NCBI GenBank assembly: GCA_964642015.1
Contig: CAZXLF010000003.1
Coordinates: 164,204 to 228,203, forward strand
Direction of reading: 5' to 3'
Length of the DNA stretch: 64,000 nucleotides
From: an uncultured Planctomycetia bacterium
GTDB taxonomy: Bacteria > Omnitrophota > Gorgyraeia > 2-02-FULL-51-18
Shown: one piece after another, positions 19,392 to 28,837 of the stretch
Layout: each line of letters opens with the position of its first letter
Position numbering within the stretch: position 1 is the stretch's first letter
The notes under the pieces: model-generated
Database searches by the model: none
The model's input: only the letters and a program-made list of their open reading frames with translations
Told to the model about the DNA's origin: nothing
Translations under genes and position numbers: made by a program

Positions 19392-20040
19392 TTTTTTTAT
19401 ATCCTTTCCGTTGATTTTTTTTCTTTTCTCTTTTTCTGATTGCCGGGCCGCAGAAAAACAGACAGCCCTCGTTCAAGAAGCGCTGACCGGTGACACCATA
19501 CGCCTTGAAGGCGGAAAAACACTTAAATACATAGGCCTTCAGTCTCCGCCTTTGCAGAGCCTGATCCCGCTGGTTCGCCAATATGGGTCAGAGGCTCTGG
19601 AGTTCAATAAAAAAATGGTCGTCGGAAAAAAAATCCAGATCGAATGGGACTTTCAGATACACGATAATCAGAAAAATCTATTGGGATACGTATATCTTAT
19701 GGATGGGACTTCCGTGAACGAGCAGATCTTGAAAAACGGCCACGCAAAATTAAAAACAAATCCGCCCAACATAAAACATGCCGTTTCTTTGCGAAAAGCT
19801 GAATTGGAAGCGCGGCGAAACAAAATCGGGCTTTGGGCCAAAGAACCTGAAAACCCCTATCTCAAAAAAAGCCAATATATAGGCGAAAAGAATACAAAGA
19901 TATATTATTTGCCAGATTCTCCGGAGCTGGAAAAGATCCCTCAGGCAAACCTGGTGACCTTTAATTCACGCGTTCAAGCTAGGGCGGCCGGCTACAGACC
20001 CTGTTTCACTTGTTCAGAAACCTCCGAATCAGAGTTTTAA
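19369..20040 (+). CDS. Secreted SNase-like (thermonuclease) nuclease
   Basis: Signal peptide, then an SNase fold signature (TGDTIRLEGGKTLKYIGLQSP ... NLLGYVYLMDGTSVNEQILKNGHAKL). TTG start assumed. Confidence 0.65.
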   Translation: MRSSKKSSFFISFPLIFFLFSFSDCRAAEKQTALVQEALTGDTIRLEGGKTLKYIGLQSPPLQSLIPLVRQYGSEALEFNKKMVVGKKIQIEWDFQIHDNQKNLLGYVYLMDGTSVNEQILKNGHAKLKTNPPNIKHAVSLRKAELEARRNKIGLWAKEPENPYLKKSQYIGEKNTKIYYLPDSPELEKIPQANLVTFNSRVQARAAGYRPCFTCSETSESEF

Positions 20041-20049
20041 CGCTAGCCA

Positions 20050-20079
20050 TTGACAAGAATCACAGCTTTATGTTATATT
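20050..20079 (+). promoter_or_regulatory. Sigma70-like promoter (TTGACA - 17 nt - TTATAT) for the cspA leader
   Basis: The -35 box is a perfect TTGACA at 20050-20055. A -10-like TTATAT follows after a 17-nt spacer. Confidence 0.4.
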
Positions 20080-20179
20080 TCGTCTAGTATTTTAATCGAT
20101 GGAGTTAGAAGTTTTTGATCTCAGTTCGGTTTTTGTTTTATTTTTGTTCTAATAAGTTGTTCATGAAAGTGAACGTTTG

Positions 20180-20215
20180 ACCACGCTACTTTCTAGAGAG
20201 CGTGGTTTTTTATTT
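20180..20215 (+). terminator. Terminator-like hairpin + U-run inside cspA 5' leader (possible attenuator)
   Basis: An 8-bp stem (ACCACGCT / AGCGTGGT) closes an 11-nt loop and is followed by TTTTTTATTT. It lies about 100 nt downstream of the promoter and about 85 nt upstream of the cspA ATG. Confidence 0.4.
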
Positions 20216-20297
20216 GCAAAGTGTTAGCGCTGAGCAAATAAGGGGTTGTTCAAATCAAGTCGATCTAAAGCAAACGGAAATAAGGAGAAATACTCGC

Positions 20298-20501
20298 ATG
20301 GCAAAAGGAATAGTAAAGTGGTTCAGCAATCAAAAAGGTTATGGTTTTATTACCCCTGACGGCGGCGGAAAAGATGTGTTTGTGCATCACAGCGCCATTC
20401 AAGGGGAAGGCTATAAGACCCTCGATGAGGGGCAGTCGGTGGAATTTGAGGTAACTCAGGGCCCGAAGGGTGAGCAAGCCGCCAACGTTAAAAAAGTCTA
20501 A
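20298..20501 (+). CDS. cspA: Cold-shock protein (CspA family)
   Basis: RNP1/RNP2 motifs KGYGFI and VFVHHS, 67 aa. RBS AAGGAGA lies upstream. Confidence 0.9.
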   Translation: MAKGIVKWFSNQKGYGFITPDGGGKDVFVHHSAIQGEGYKTLDEGQSVEFEVTQGPKGEQAANVKKV

Positions 20502-20535
20502 GCTCAACCCTATTTAATCTAAGCGCTAACAACAG

Positions 20536-20584
20536 CCCCGTTTTGATAATGAGTCAAAACTCCTTATTAAAACGGGGTTTTTGC
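20536..20584 (+). terminator. Rho-independent terminator of cspA
   Basis: CCCCGTTTT ... AAAACGGGG stem followed by TTTTT. Confidence 0.6.
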
Positions 20585-20665
20585 TTGCCAGACACCTCTA
20601 AGACCCACCTTGTAATATTCTAGTCCTAATGATATACTTACTAAAGTAAAGTTAAGGAGGTTTTT

Positions 20666-21076
20666 TTGGCAAAAGATCAAGAACGAAGAGAGTTTTTCAG
20701 AATAAATTTCAGCTCGCCAATGCATTTCAAAAGCTATACCGCAGACCGGTCAAAATCGGCAAAAGTAGTCGACGAAACTTCCGCTAGAGCTATTTCTCAA
20801 AACATCAGCCAGTCAGGCATTTTATTTCAGACAGATAATAATCCGCCACAGCTGTCAAGCATCTTATGGATGAACCTCGATATCAGAACCCTAAGTATCT
20901 GCAAAGAGATCGAAAAGAGGGCTTTGATATTGAATAATGGCGTTCTCGGCCGTGTGGTCCGCGTAGAAGAAGATTCTGATAATTCCAACCGGTATGACGT
21001 TGGGGTTTGTTTTCTAACCGAAGAGCAGAAGAATACTCAAGAAGTCCAGAAAATCCTGGCCGAAATCACTAAATAA
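20666..21076 (+). CDS. PilZ-domain protein (c-di-GMP receptor-like), TTG start
   Basis: RxxxR (RREFFR) and NxSxxG (NISQSG) PilZ signature motifs. RBS AAGGAGG lies 7 nt upstream. Confidence 0.65.
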   Translation: MAKDQERREFFRINFSSPMHFKSYTADRSKSAKVVDETSARAISQNISQSGILFQTDNNPPQLSSILWMNLDIRTLSICKEIEKRALILNNGVLGRVVRVEEDSDNSNRYDVGVCFLTEEQKNTQEVQKILAEITK

Positions 21077-21185
21077 TCAATAATTGAATAACTGCGGGCA
21101 ACCTTCTTTTCCCAAGACTAATGTCCTATAATGTATATTATGTTAAGTAATATATAGGGAAAGACTAATATACTTACCGTAAAGA

Positions 21186-22319
21186 TTAAGAATTGTAGCT
21201 ACGTATACTCATTGAACTAGCGCCATTGGTAAATCCAGGCGGATTTTGAGCAGAATAAGTCATTTTTATATTGCTTTGTGAATTGGGCGCTATGCTAAGC
21301 GCGCCGCGAGCCAAGACTGATCCGGTAAGACTTAATCGAGGGTTATCGTAATGATTGCCGCTCATAGACACGTTGTTTCCGGAATAAATAAGACCTGTTA
21401 TTGTTACATATGCACCGCCGCCTGCATTTCCGGTCGAACTGACTGTGATACTTCCTCCTGAGCCTGTCATTAAAGCTGGGTAATTACTATATTGATTAAT
21501 CGTCACTTGAAGCTTATTGCTTGCTGACGCTTGAAGGGTTATATTACCGTCTGCAACAAAACACGCGGTCGTTGCAGATTGATGTCCATTGATAACAAGA
21601 TTACCGTGGACATAGATCACACCGCCCGCAGGCGCCGCTGGTAACGTACTATCATTGTAGGTTTTGTCTCCAGAATAATATAACCCATTTGCAGTAGCAA
21701 TATTCTTATAATAACTCATATTCACTGTTGGAAAGCTGACCACTGTCCCCCAATTATTATTGGTTGATCCGGATATTGTGCCGCTGTTGGTTACTGTCCC
21801 ACCGCTGTAAACAGAACCTGTAATGGCTCCCCCAACTGTGGCATTAAAGGCGGAGTAAATGTCCCCTGTCAGCGCACCTGATGCTCCGCCGCCTGTTGAG
21901 TTCCATACAAGAGCTGTTGTTGGAGAGCCGGAAGCCAGCGCATACTGTAAAGCCGAGACTGTCGGAGGCGCCACCTCGGCTGTGACAGTTCGGTTTACCC
22001 CTGAAACAGCTCCTACTGAAGACACGAGATACCGGCCACTCGAACTTGACATGGATGTGCTATAAGTACCCGGACCCAAAGTAGTACTTGAAATGCTATA
22101 GCTGGAACTCCAGGATGAATAAAGGTGCGACAACGCCCTAGCAAGTCCCCCTTCAGCTACCTGTTGAGCCTGAGTCGAGTCTTTCATCTCCGCGACAAGC
22201 GTCGTATCTTGTGCCGAAACCTTAAAAATATATCCGGCAATCAAAATCATGATCATCATAGAAACCATAGTCGTAAGAAATATGGTTCCTGTTTCATTCA
22301 GATATGTGATCTTTTTCAT
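21186..22319 (-). CDS. PilX-like minor pilin / pilus-associated protein, S/T/G-rich
   Basis: N-terminal hydrophobic helix followed by an AEGGLARAL segment resembling the PilX N-domain. The remainder is low-complexity and beta-rich. Confidence 0.45.
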   Translation of the reverse strand: MKKITYLNETGTIFLTTMVSMMIMILIAGYIFKVSAQDTTLVAEMKDSTQAQQVAEGGLARALSHLYSSWSSSYSISSTTLGPGTYSTSMSSSSGRYLVSSVGAVSGVNRTVTAEVAPPTVSALQYALASGSPTTALVWNSTGGGASGALTGDIYSAFNATVGGAITGSVYSGGTVTNSGTISGSTNNNWGTVVSFPTVNMSYYKNIATANGLYYSGDKTYNDSTLPAAPAGGVIYVHGNLVINGHQSATTACFVADGNITLQASASNKLQVTINQYSNYPALMTGSGGSITVSSTGNAGGGAYVTITGLIYSGNNVSMSGNHYDNPRLSLTGSVLARGALSIAPNSQSNIKMTYSAQNPPGFTNGASSMSIRSYNS

Positions 22320-22333
22320 GGCCAGACCCTCCC

Positions 22334-24376
22334 CTACTTTCCGGTATTCTTTGGTTTAATTTCGGTGTTTAACGAATTGGCAAATGTTTGTCCGCGATAA
22401 GTTTTTGATACCGATAAACTAACCCCTAAAGTTTTGAGAAGCGTGTTGCCGTCGACCAGCACTTGAAAAATCCCGTAGTTTGGTTTTTTGGTATAGTGGC
22501 CGCTTATTTGCACGAGCGCTGTTTGCCCCGGCCAATCAATTTTTACCTTATCGACTGTTGGAAAAGTAGAATAAGGTGATACCGCTTGCAACTGTGCTTC
22601 AAATTGCAGATAACGCCGACTTGGTAATGCCGCTAAAGAACCTGGGGAAGTGGTAAATGATAGCCACGAAGATGGGCTGGACATATCGGCGTTAGCGGAG
22701 GATCTGACCTTCAGAGTAACCGATGCGCCCGCCGGCAATGTCGAAGTCCAAGAAATTTGGTTAAAAACAGGTGATGTCATTTTAGTGTCATAAATTTGAG
22801 AGTCTGCGACCCCAAGTGAACGCCAAGTGGACATTTCCTCTATACCAACGAGCTTTGTATCGGTAGAATAACCGAATAAACCCGCTGTGGCCCAGTCGGA
22901 TGTACCGGAAGCATGATCTGCGTTTACCAAATAGGACTGAGTGACAGCTCCTCCGCCAGCATTCCAAGACATTGGGCTGCCGGATGAACAGTAATAACTA
23001 ACAACATATGTGCCGTTGCCAGCGGTAATACTGGATGAAGGTGTAAACCATGAGGTCCATCGGTGATTTCCCGCACCGATCGCAACGGGCCCTGTTGTTG
23101 TCCCTGCGGCGCAACCTATGGAGCCCGCAGGATCAGTTCCCCCCGGCGCAACGTCGGAACTTTCAAAACAAAGCTGACTTGACGAAGCAAGACCGGCAGT
23201 GCCGCTTAAAGGCCCAAAATAGGCAGAATCAATGGTTGTTCCGCTCCCTGAATCCAGAAACTGAAACCTGATCATTTGCGCCGATTTAGTGATGGATGAG
23301 CCTTGTATCACAACCCTGACACTCTGTCCTGAAAGGCCGTAGGTCGACGGACTATCATCACCTGTTTGCGAATCAGCGCTCCATCCGGGCGTAGCCCCTT
23401 GAGTGGCAAGACTGGCGTTGGTCAGCACGGGATTATCTGCACTGGCTACAGACACCTCGGTGTCGGAATGCGTCATATCCGCAAAATTTGATTCCAACCA
23501 TTGATCGTAGTTAGTTTGGAGTGTCATGTAATCATTTGTCGCGGTTGCCTGACATTCGGTTTGATAGTTTCCACTCCAAGTATCACTATATCCTCCTAAA
23601 GCCATATCTACGTTTGATGTGCTCTTATTCGTAGAAACAGTTAGATCTTCGGCTTCTTGAGGGCCGCCGCTTGGATCAAGAGCTATATCATCGATCCCCA
23701 CATAGTAACCTGAGGAGGAGGAATTTTTACTGGTTACAAGGAATTTGATCTGATGCGTTCCTGAAGAAAGCCTGTACCCACCAAAGTTGGTATTAGCACT
23801 ACGTTGTGTTGATGACGCATAACCATCGAACGTCGAATTAGCCGCAGTTACTTGAAAAGTGATCGAATCTGCCTTAAAAAGCGTTTGGGTACTTCCGCCA
23901 CTATCCGTTCCATTGGTCGCAACATTATTAAGCTGCGTCTGCCTCGCAGTAGAATCAGTATTAAACGTACTAAAAACCGTACGCCTCATCTCCTGCGTGC
24001 CACCATTGTTATAAACTGAATAAACGATCGTCTTCCCTTGGCTCCAGTCAATAGTATTACTGGCATTGAGCTTTAAAAATCCGCTACTATCCGACCCTGG
24101 ATAAGGGACGCTTATCGCGGTATACGTGGAGCTTGAACCTGTAGAAGGATAGAAAAGCATCGAATTTTGGTCGGAAAGTCTACTGTCCGCTTTTAATTTT
24201 TCCAGTGTACGCTCCACATCAAACCGCAGCTCGCTTCGCAGACTTTCCTCTTTCCATGTTTTGGTCGAAAAAAACCATGCGGACAAAACAGAGGTTAAAA
24301 AAACCAGACCTATACCAAAAGCGATCATAGCTTCGACAAGTGTAAATCCGTTGCGATTAAGGTTGTACGTTTTCAT
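22334..24376 (-). CDS. Large (about 680 aa) prepilin-type N-terminal cleavage/methylation domain protein
   Basis: Class-III signal NRNGFTLVEAMIAFGIGLV. The start is placed at the ATG at 24376 (MKTYNL ...), 2 nt after the upstream pilin gene. Long S/T/G/N-rich beta-type domain. Confidence 0.7.
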   Translation of the reverse strand: MKTYNLNRNGFTLVEAMIAFGIGLVFLTSVLSAWFFSTKTWKEESLRSELRFDVERTLEKLKADSRLSDQNSMLFYPSTGSSSTYTAISVPYPGSDSSGFLKLNASNTIDWSQGKTIVYSVYNNGGTQEMRRTVFSTFNTDSTARQTQLNNVATNGTDSGGSTQTLFKADSITFQVTAANSTFDGYASSTQRSANTNFGGYRLSSGTHQIKFLVTSKNSSSSGYYVGIDDIALDPSGGPQEAEDLTVSTNKSTSNVDMALGGYSDTWSGNYQTECQATATNDYMTLQTNYDQWLESNFADMTHSDTEVSVASADNPVLTNASLATQGATPGWSADSQTGDDSPSTYGLSGQSVRVVIQGSSITKSAQMIRFQFLDSGSGTTIDSAYFGPLSGTAGLASSSQLCFESSDVAPGGTDPAGSIGCAAGTTTGPVAIGAGNHRWTSWFTPSSSITAGNGTYVVSYYCSSGSPMSWNAGGGAVTQSYLVNADHASGTSDWATAGLFGYSTDTKLVGIEEMSTWRSLGVADSQIYDTKMTSPVFNQISWTSTLPAGASVTLKVRSSANADMSSPSSWLSFTTSPGSLAALPSRRYLQFEAQLQAVSPYSTFPTVDKVKIDWPGQTALVQISGHYTKKPNYGIFQVLVDGNTLLKTLGVSLSVSKTYRGQTFANSLNTEIKPKNTGK

Positions 24377-24378
24377 TT

Positions 24379-24855
24379 TTACCCATTTTGGTAAATCACC
24401 GTACTCATCTGCACGGATGCCGGATTTGTCAGAGTACCGCTTAAAAAGCTTTGCACGTCCGTTGTGTTCAGAAAATACCATACCTGTACCGTTATTTGCG
24501 TTAAATTTGAGTCACCATTGTAAGAAGTTTGAGGAGTAGTGCTTCTCACATAAAGTCCGTTGTTGGGATCATCAACGCCATTTTGATCGACAACACTTTT
24601 AACTTCAGTGGCAACAGCCAGATCAGAGAAACTATAAGCCTTTAAATCCTCAATATGGCCTCTTGCAATATTATAAGCGGCATAAGCCTCTCTTGCCCGG
24701 GTGGACATTTTTGTGCTAGCAAAAAAAACGCTTAAAAGCGCTGAGATGCCGACCATAAATAACAGGACGGTTCCCATAACCTCGATTAATGTTGCCCCTT
24801 TATTATTTGATACTCTTTTTAACATATTTTTTAATCTTTTATTATAACTAAGCAA
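24379..24855 (-). CDS. Type IV pilin / pseudopilin-like protein
   Basis: Prepilin motif KGATLIEVMGTVLLFMVGISALL. The start may instead be the internal Met (MLKRVSNNKG), which would give a 10-aa leader. Confidence 0.7.
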   Translation of the reverse strand: MLSYNKRLKNMLKRVSNNKGATLIEVMGTVLLFMVGISALLSVFFASTKMSTRAREAYAAYNIARGHIEDLKAYSFSDLAVATEVKSVVDQNGVDDPNNGLYVRSTTPQTSYNGDSNLTQITVQVWYFLNTTDVQSFLSGTLTNPASVQMSTVIYQNG

Positions 24856-24943
24856 TACTAATTAAAAGTATATCATATTTAATCGAAAATTCAAATGTGA
24901 GATATTCGTGTAAGTAATTTATATATAATAGGTTATGAATATT

Positions 24944-24988
24944 TAAAAAAATAGCCCTTTTCAAACCTTTCGATTTGAAAAGGGCTAT
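24944..24988 (-). terminator. Rho-independent terminator of the outer-membrane protein gene
   Basis: A 10-bp stem (AGCCCTTTTC / GAAAAGGGCT) is followed on the minus strand by a 7-8 nt U-run. Confidence 0.55.
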
Positions 24989-25010
24989 ATACTGCTTTGA
25001 AACGCTTAAA

Positions 25011-26459
25011 TTAGAATGTAACTTTCACCGATGAAACATACTGACTGGCAATTGCATCATTACCGGAACTATAAAGATTTCCGGGCACGAACCAATCCAT
25101 CATAAGGTTAAACGAAACATTCTCCGTGTAATTATAAGTAATGGAAGTGTCGATTTCATAACCGATATCCCTCGATAGCGTCGAACTATTAGGATTAGTG
25201 GTCACGACATGCATGTCAGCGGCAGCCCAATAATAATAGAAGTTTGCTCCGAGTATCAGATCTTCCATCGGCTTGAGAGTGCCGTAGACATTAATGATCT
25301 GTATATTCTGAGCTGCATTCTGATCATTCGGCTGTGCAGTGCCATAGTAAGTCTCGAGATATTGATGGATCCAGCCATAGGTTGGGCTGCTGTAATTACC
25401 ATTCCATGAACCATAAGAAGACGTGCTGCTTGCCGCAAGATCCGATTCGCCTGAAAATAACACGTACTCAAGACCGAGCATCGGCTTCCAGGTATAATCC
25501 CAGTGATATTCACCGAAAATGTCCGTTGCCCAGGCAGATCTATCTCTATGAGGAGATGTGCTTGCGGGACGGTAATTTCCGAACTCATAGGCCAACTCGG
25601 CACCCAACGTGATCTGGGAAATTGGATCAAATTGAACGCGACCGCCAAGTGTGTGCGTATCATTGCTGCCTACGCTGGTGCTTGTCGAAGCAAGGGCTGC
25701 CCTATCAAGCTCTCCGACATAGTAACCTTCGGCTACGGCATTATATTCAGCGAACTTATAGTTCACGTTCGCGATATAAAGATCCTTATCGTCTTCGGAA
25801 TTCACGGCATTCTCGTAAATTTTGGAATAGACGAGGTCTATGGTCCAAGGATTGAAATCGAGAGTGGCGCGAACCGCATCGAAAGACTGAAGCGCCGTAA
25901 ACTCAGTAGCCTGGATCGTATTATTCGGGTTTGAAGGGTTCCAGCCCACTATGAATCCACGGCCAAACATTAAATCTTGACGGCCAATGGTCAAGGTGAG
26001 CGGAGAATAAAAAATCTCCTTCATCTGCACATAGGCTAGATCAAGAAGGATATCGAATTCGTTGGCTTGATTGTTAGGGGTGGTGGCATAGGTAGCTGAT
26101 GCGGGATCGACCCACTGATTAGCGTTCATGTCTCTTTGATTAACTAGATTGATCACAGTGGAGACATTGTCCGTCAGATCTGCGGCCACTTCCAACTGAG
26201 TGATACCCATAAAGTAATTCGAGCTGTCGCTCCGATAATTCGGTGTGCCAGCTGCAAAGGCACCGCCACCTGCATAGCTGCCAGCATAACTTGCCGGCAC
26301 AACACCCATATCATTGTTTTTCTTTAAATCAAAGTTAGCGCGATCAAGCCAATAAGCATCGATCTCACCGCTCACTTTGATATTCTGTGTTTCGGCATAT
26401 GCGGGAACTGCAAAAGCCACCGCAAGCGCCAACACAAATAACGCTTTTAATGATTTCAT
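25011..26459 (-). CDS. Outer-membrane beta-barrel protein (porin-like)
   Basis: Signal peptide ... AVPAYA, alternating beta-strand pattern rich in aromatic residues, and a C-terminal ... VKVTF ending in Phe. Confidence 0.7.
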   Translation of the reverse strand: MKSLKALFVLALAVAFAVPAYAETQNIKVSGEIDAYWLDRANFDLKKNNDMGVVPASYAGSYAGGGAFAAGTPNYRSDSSNYFMGITQLEVAADLTDNVSTVINLVNQRDMNANQWVDPASATYATTPNNQANEFDILLDLAYVQMKEIFYSPLTLTIGRQDLMFGRGFIVGWNPSNPNNTIQATEFTALQSFDAVRATLDFNPWTIDLVYSKIYENAVNSEDDKDLYIANVNYKFAEYNAVAEGYYVGELDRAALASTSTSVGSNDTHTLGGRVQFDPISQITLGAELAYEFGNYRPASTSPHRDRSAWATDIFGEYHWDYTWKPMLGLEYVLFSGESDLAASSTSSYGSWNGNYSSPTYGWIHQYLETYYGTAQPNDQNAAQNIQIINVYGTLKPMEDLILGANFYYYWAAADMHVVTTNPNSSTLSRDIGYEIDTSITYNYTENVSFNLMMDWFVPGNLYSSGNDAIASQYVSSVKVTF

Positions 26460-26758
26460 TTAAATCCTCCAAATTGCTTTTATTTTCTTAGTTAGGGCAC
26501 TGCTTTTAGGGTAGCTAGCTTATCGGGCTAGCTTGCAGCCTTGAGCCGATTAGGTTTCCTCCCCCCTTTCTTTGGCGTGTGTAGGCTGCAATTTAAGTCT
26601 TATTGCTTGCATTATATATAGCCATGTTAAGATAATGTAACAGCGATATTAACAATAGCTACAAGAAACAGTAAGAATAGACGCTATCTTATCCTTTTTA
26701 GAGCGAATCTAACAAGTCAAATAACTGTCAAAATAGTTTTAGCGGTTACCATCTTGCC

Positions 26759-27418
26759 CTACCGCACGGAGTTAAAATATTGACATTGATTTCTTAATAC
26801 GCATTGCCGACAGAGCGGCTTGTTTTTACAAATGCGTTTAGCATGTTCAACGATCAACGCGTGAAATTCATTAAATAAGCTGACGCTTTTAGGCAGGTTA
26901 TTCATAAAATATTGCTGAATCTCACCATAGGATGCCGCGAACTTTATCATGCCTATTCTTGAAAAAATCCTTTTGGTATAAGCGTCCACCACAAATATAG
27001 GTTTGTTTGCGGCGTAAAGAACAATGCTATCGGCTGTTTCGGGACCTATTCCATTAATAGAAAGAAGTTCTTCTCGAAGTTTCGGGATGGGCTGTCCCAA
27101 AAAAAGTTTTAGACTCCCACGATACTTCAGGTTCAACGCACTCAGGAAATTTTTCAGGCGTTTTGCTTTGATATTAAAATAGCCGGCCGGCACTAGACAA
27201 TCGGCAAGGTGACGGATCGGTATTTTTGACATCGCTGATATAAAAAGAAGCTTTTTCTCTTTCAAGCGGACCAGAGCGCGTTCCACGTTAATCCAGGCAG
27301 TATTCTGGGTCAAGATCGCTCCGACGATCACTTCAAACTTGGTATCAGCAGGCCACCAATATTGAGGACCGTACGCTCTTTTTAGAGCGCGGTATATCAC
27401 GATCGGGACATCTCTCAT
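26759..27418 (-). CDS. Endonuclease III-like HhH-GPD DNA glycosylase with [4Fe-4S] motif
   Basis: HhH motif INGIGPETADSIVLYA and the C-terminal cluster CKNKPLCRQCVLRNQC. Confidence 0.75.
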   Translation of the reverse strand: MRDVPIVIYRALKRAYGPQYWWPADTKFEVIVGAILTQNTAWINVERALVRLKEKKLLFISAMSKIPIRHLADCLVPAGYFNIKAKRLKNFLSALNLKYRGSLKLFLGQPIPKLREELLSINGIGPETADSIVLYAANKPIFVVDAYTKRIFSRIGMIKFAASYGEIQQYFMNNLPKSVSLFNEFHALIVEHAKRICKNKPLCRQCVLRNQCQYFNSVR

Positions 27419-28380
27419 TTTTGCAATCGGTCATAAACATACCCGGCAAAATAAATATCGAGCACCGCCAAGCCCGTGGAGTCAAAAATGGTCACTTCAT
27501 CTAAAGACGTTCTCCCCCGTTTTTTCTTTGAAACTATATCTGAGAGTTCGGCGTACAAATTACGCTTCGTGAACAGACTTCTTGATACCGGCACGTTCAC
27601 TTCCCCGCTGTGTGAAGCCTGCTCCCAATCATCGACTATGACCTTAGAACTCAGCAAAAGCGTTGGATCCAGCTCTTCCTTACCCTTCGCGTCAGCGCCG
27701 ATCGCATTAATATGCGCTCCCTTTTTCACCCATTTTCTATTCAAAAGAGGCTTTCTTGACGGTGTACAAGTGACGATGATATCTGCGTCCCGAACACAAT
27801 CTCTGATGCTTTCATAGGCCCTCAAACCGCGAAATAATCTCTTGAAGTGATCACAAAAAATCTTTGATTCTGCGCGAGCGAATCCCCAGATCCCGATTTC
27901 TTTAAATTTGTACAGATCAGCTAAGGCCCGTAATTGATATCTCGCTTGCAAACCAGCTCCAATAATGGCGAGTTTCTGGGGAGCTGGATTTGCAAGAAAA
28001 TGCGTTGCGCAGGCCGCTGCCGCGCCCGTTCTGACCGCCGTAATATGATTTGCTTCCAAAACAGCAAGAGGCGATCCCGTCGAGGCTGAGTTCATAATAA
28101 TAGTTCCGTAAACCGTGGGTTTGCCGATGCGATGATTATCAGGAAATACACTCACCCATTTGACGCCGCATATTCCTTTGTTTTTGGTTTGGATAAAAGC
28201 CGGCATGGCTCTGAAATCATTCGTGGATGATCCGGGCGCTTTCGGCAAATTCAAATAAAGTTTGGACGGCATTATGGTCTTCTTTTGAGAAATGAGAAAA
28301 AACGTCTCTAAAGCAAGTTTGAAAGCCTTCTTTTCCGTTAAAATCGTCCGTATCCGATCTTCGCTGATGAACGGGATCAC
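27415..28380 (-). CDS. Ornithine cyclodeaminase / mu-crystallin family protein
   Basis: Rossmann motif LAIIGAGLQARYQL and OCD family length. Confidence 0.8.
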   Translation of the reverse strand: MIPFISEDRIRTILTEKKAFKLALETFFLISQKKTIMPSKLYLNLPKAPGSSTNDFRAMPAFIQTKNKGICGVKWVSVFPDNHRIGKPTVYGTIIMNSASTGSPLAVLEANHITAVRTGAAAACATHFLANPAPQKLAIIGAGLQARYQLRALADLYKFKEIGIWGFARAESKIFCDHFKRLFRGLRAYESIRDCVRDADIIVTCTPSRKPLLNRKWVKKGAHINAIGADAKGKEELDPTLLLSSKVIVDDWEQASHSGEVNVPVSRSLFTKRNLYAELSDIVSKKKRGRTSLDEVTIFDSTGLAVLDIYFAGYVYDRLQK

Positions 28381-28799
28381 TGTTCTTTCTTGATCCTGGC
28401 GACCAATGCATTGATCCTCGTGGCAACCCCTTTCAGATCGTCTCTTTTTCTCATATAAATCTTATGTTGGTAGTCTCCTTCCAAGATTCTGTCGAGATCC
28501 TCTTCAAGTCGTTCGATCGGACCGCCAAAGCGGTGAGATATAGCAACTGCAAAGATAAGGATCGTGACCGCAATAATTGGTAGGCTAATAGCCAATAAAG
28601 CGTTCACCTTATCCAATACAGGCACAACATTAGCCATGATCGCTTCCGGAAAAGCGATCTGCTTGGCCAGTAAATAAAAAACGACATGATACAAACAGAA
28701 GCCTATAACCAAAGTTGGCGCAAGCATTGCCAAGATCACGATCAACAAGTACTTCGCCTGTATCGGATGTCGCATGAACCATTTAGCCCGAATAACCAT
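28377..28799 (-). CDS. Small membrane protein with 2 TM helices and a HAMP-like C-terminal segment
   Basis: Two TM helices followed by an amphipathic HAMP-like stretch (HRFGGPIERLEEDLDRILEGDY ... DDLKGVATRINALVARIK). Confidence 0.45.
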   Translation of the reverse strand: MVIRAKWFMRHPIQAKYLLIVILAMLAPTLVIGFCLYHVVFYLLAKQIAFPEAIMANVVPVLDKVNALLAISLPIIAVTILIFAVAISHRFGGPIERLEEDLDRILEGDYQHKIYMRKRDDLKGVATRINALVARIKKEQ

Positions 28800-28837
28800 A
28801 TTTCACCCCCGATTTTTATTTTTTCAATTTATCTTTA

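Noticed and set aside
20202-20297. 99-aa version of the cold-shock gene starting at 20202.
   Set aside because: The extension ([15 protein letters not shown] ...) covers the terminator-like hairpin and the leader. CspA proteins are about 67 aa and begin MAKG/MSKG, as at 20298.
25256-25934. Several 90-140-aa ORFs in alternative frames within the outer-membrane protein gene.
   Set aside because: They are nested inside a CDS supported by a signal peptide and a C-terminal Phe. They have biased Arg/Ser composition typical of out-of-frame translation.
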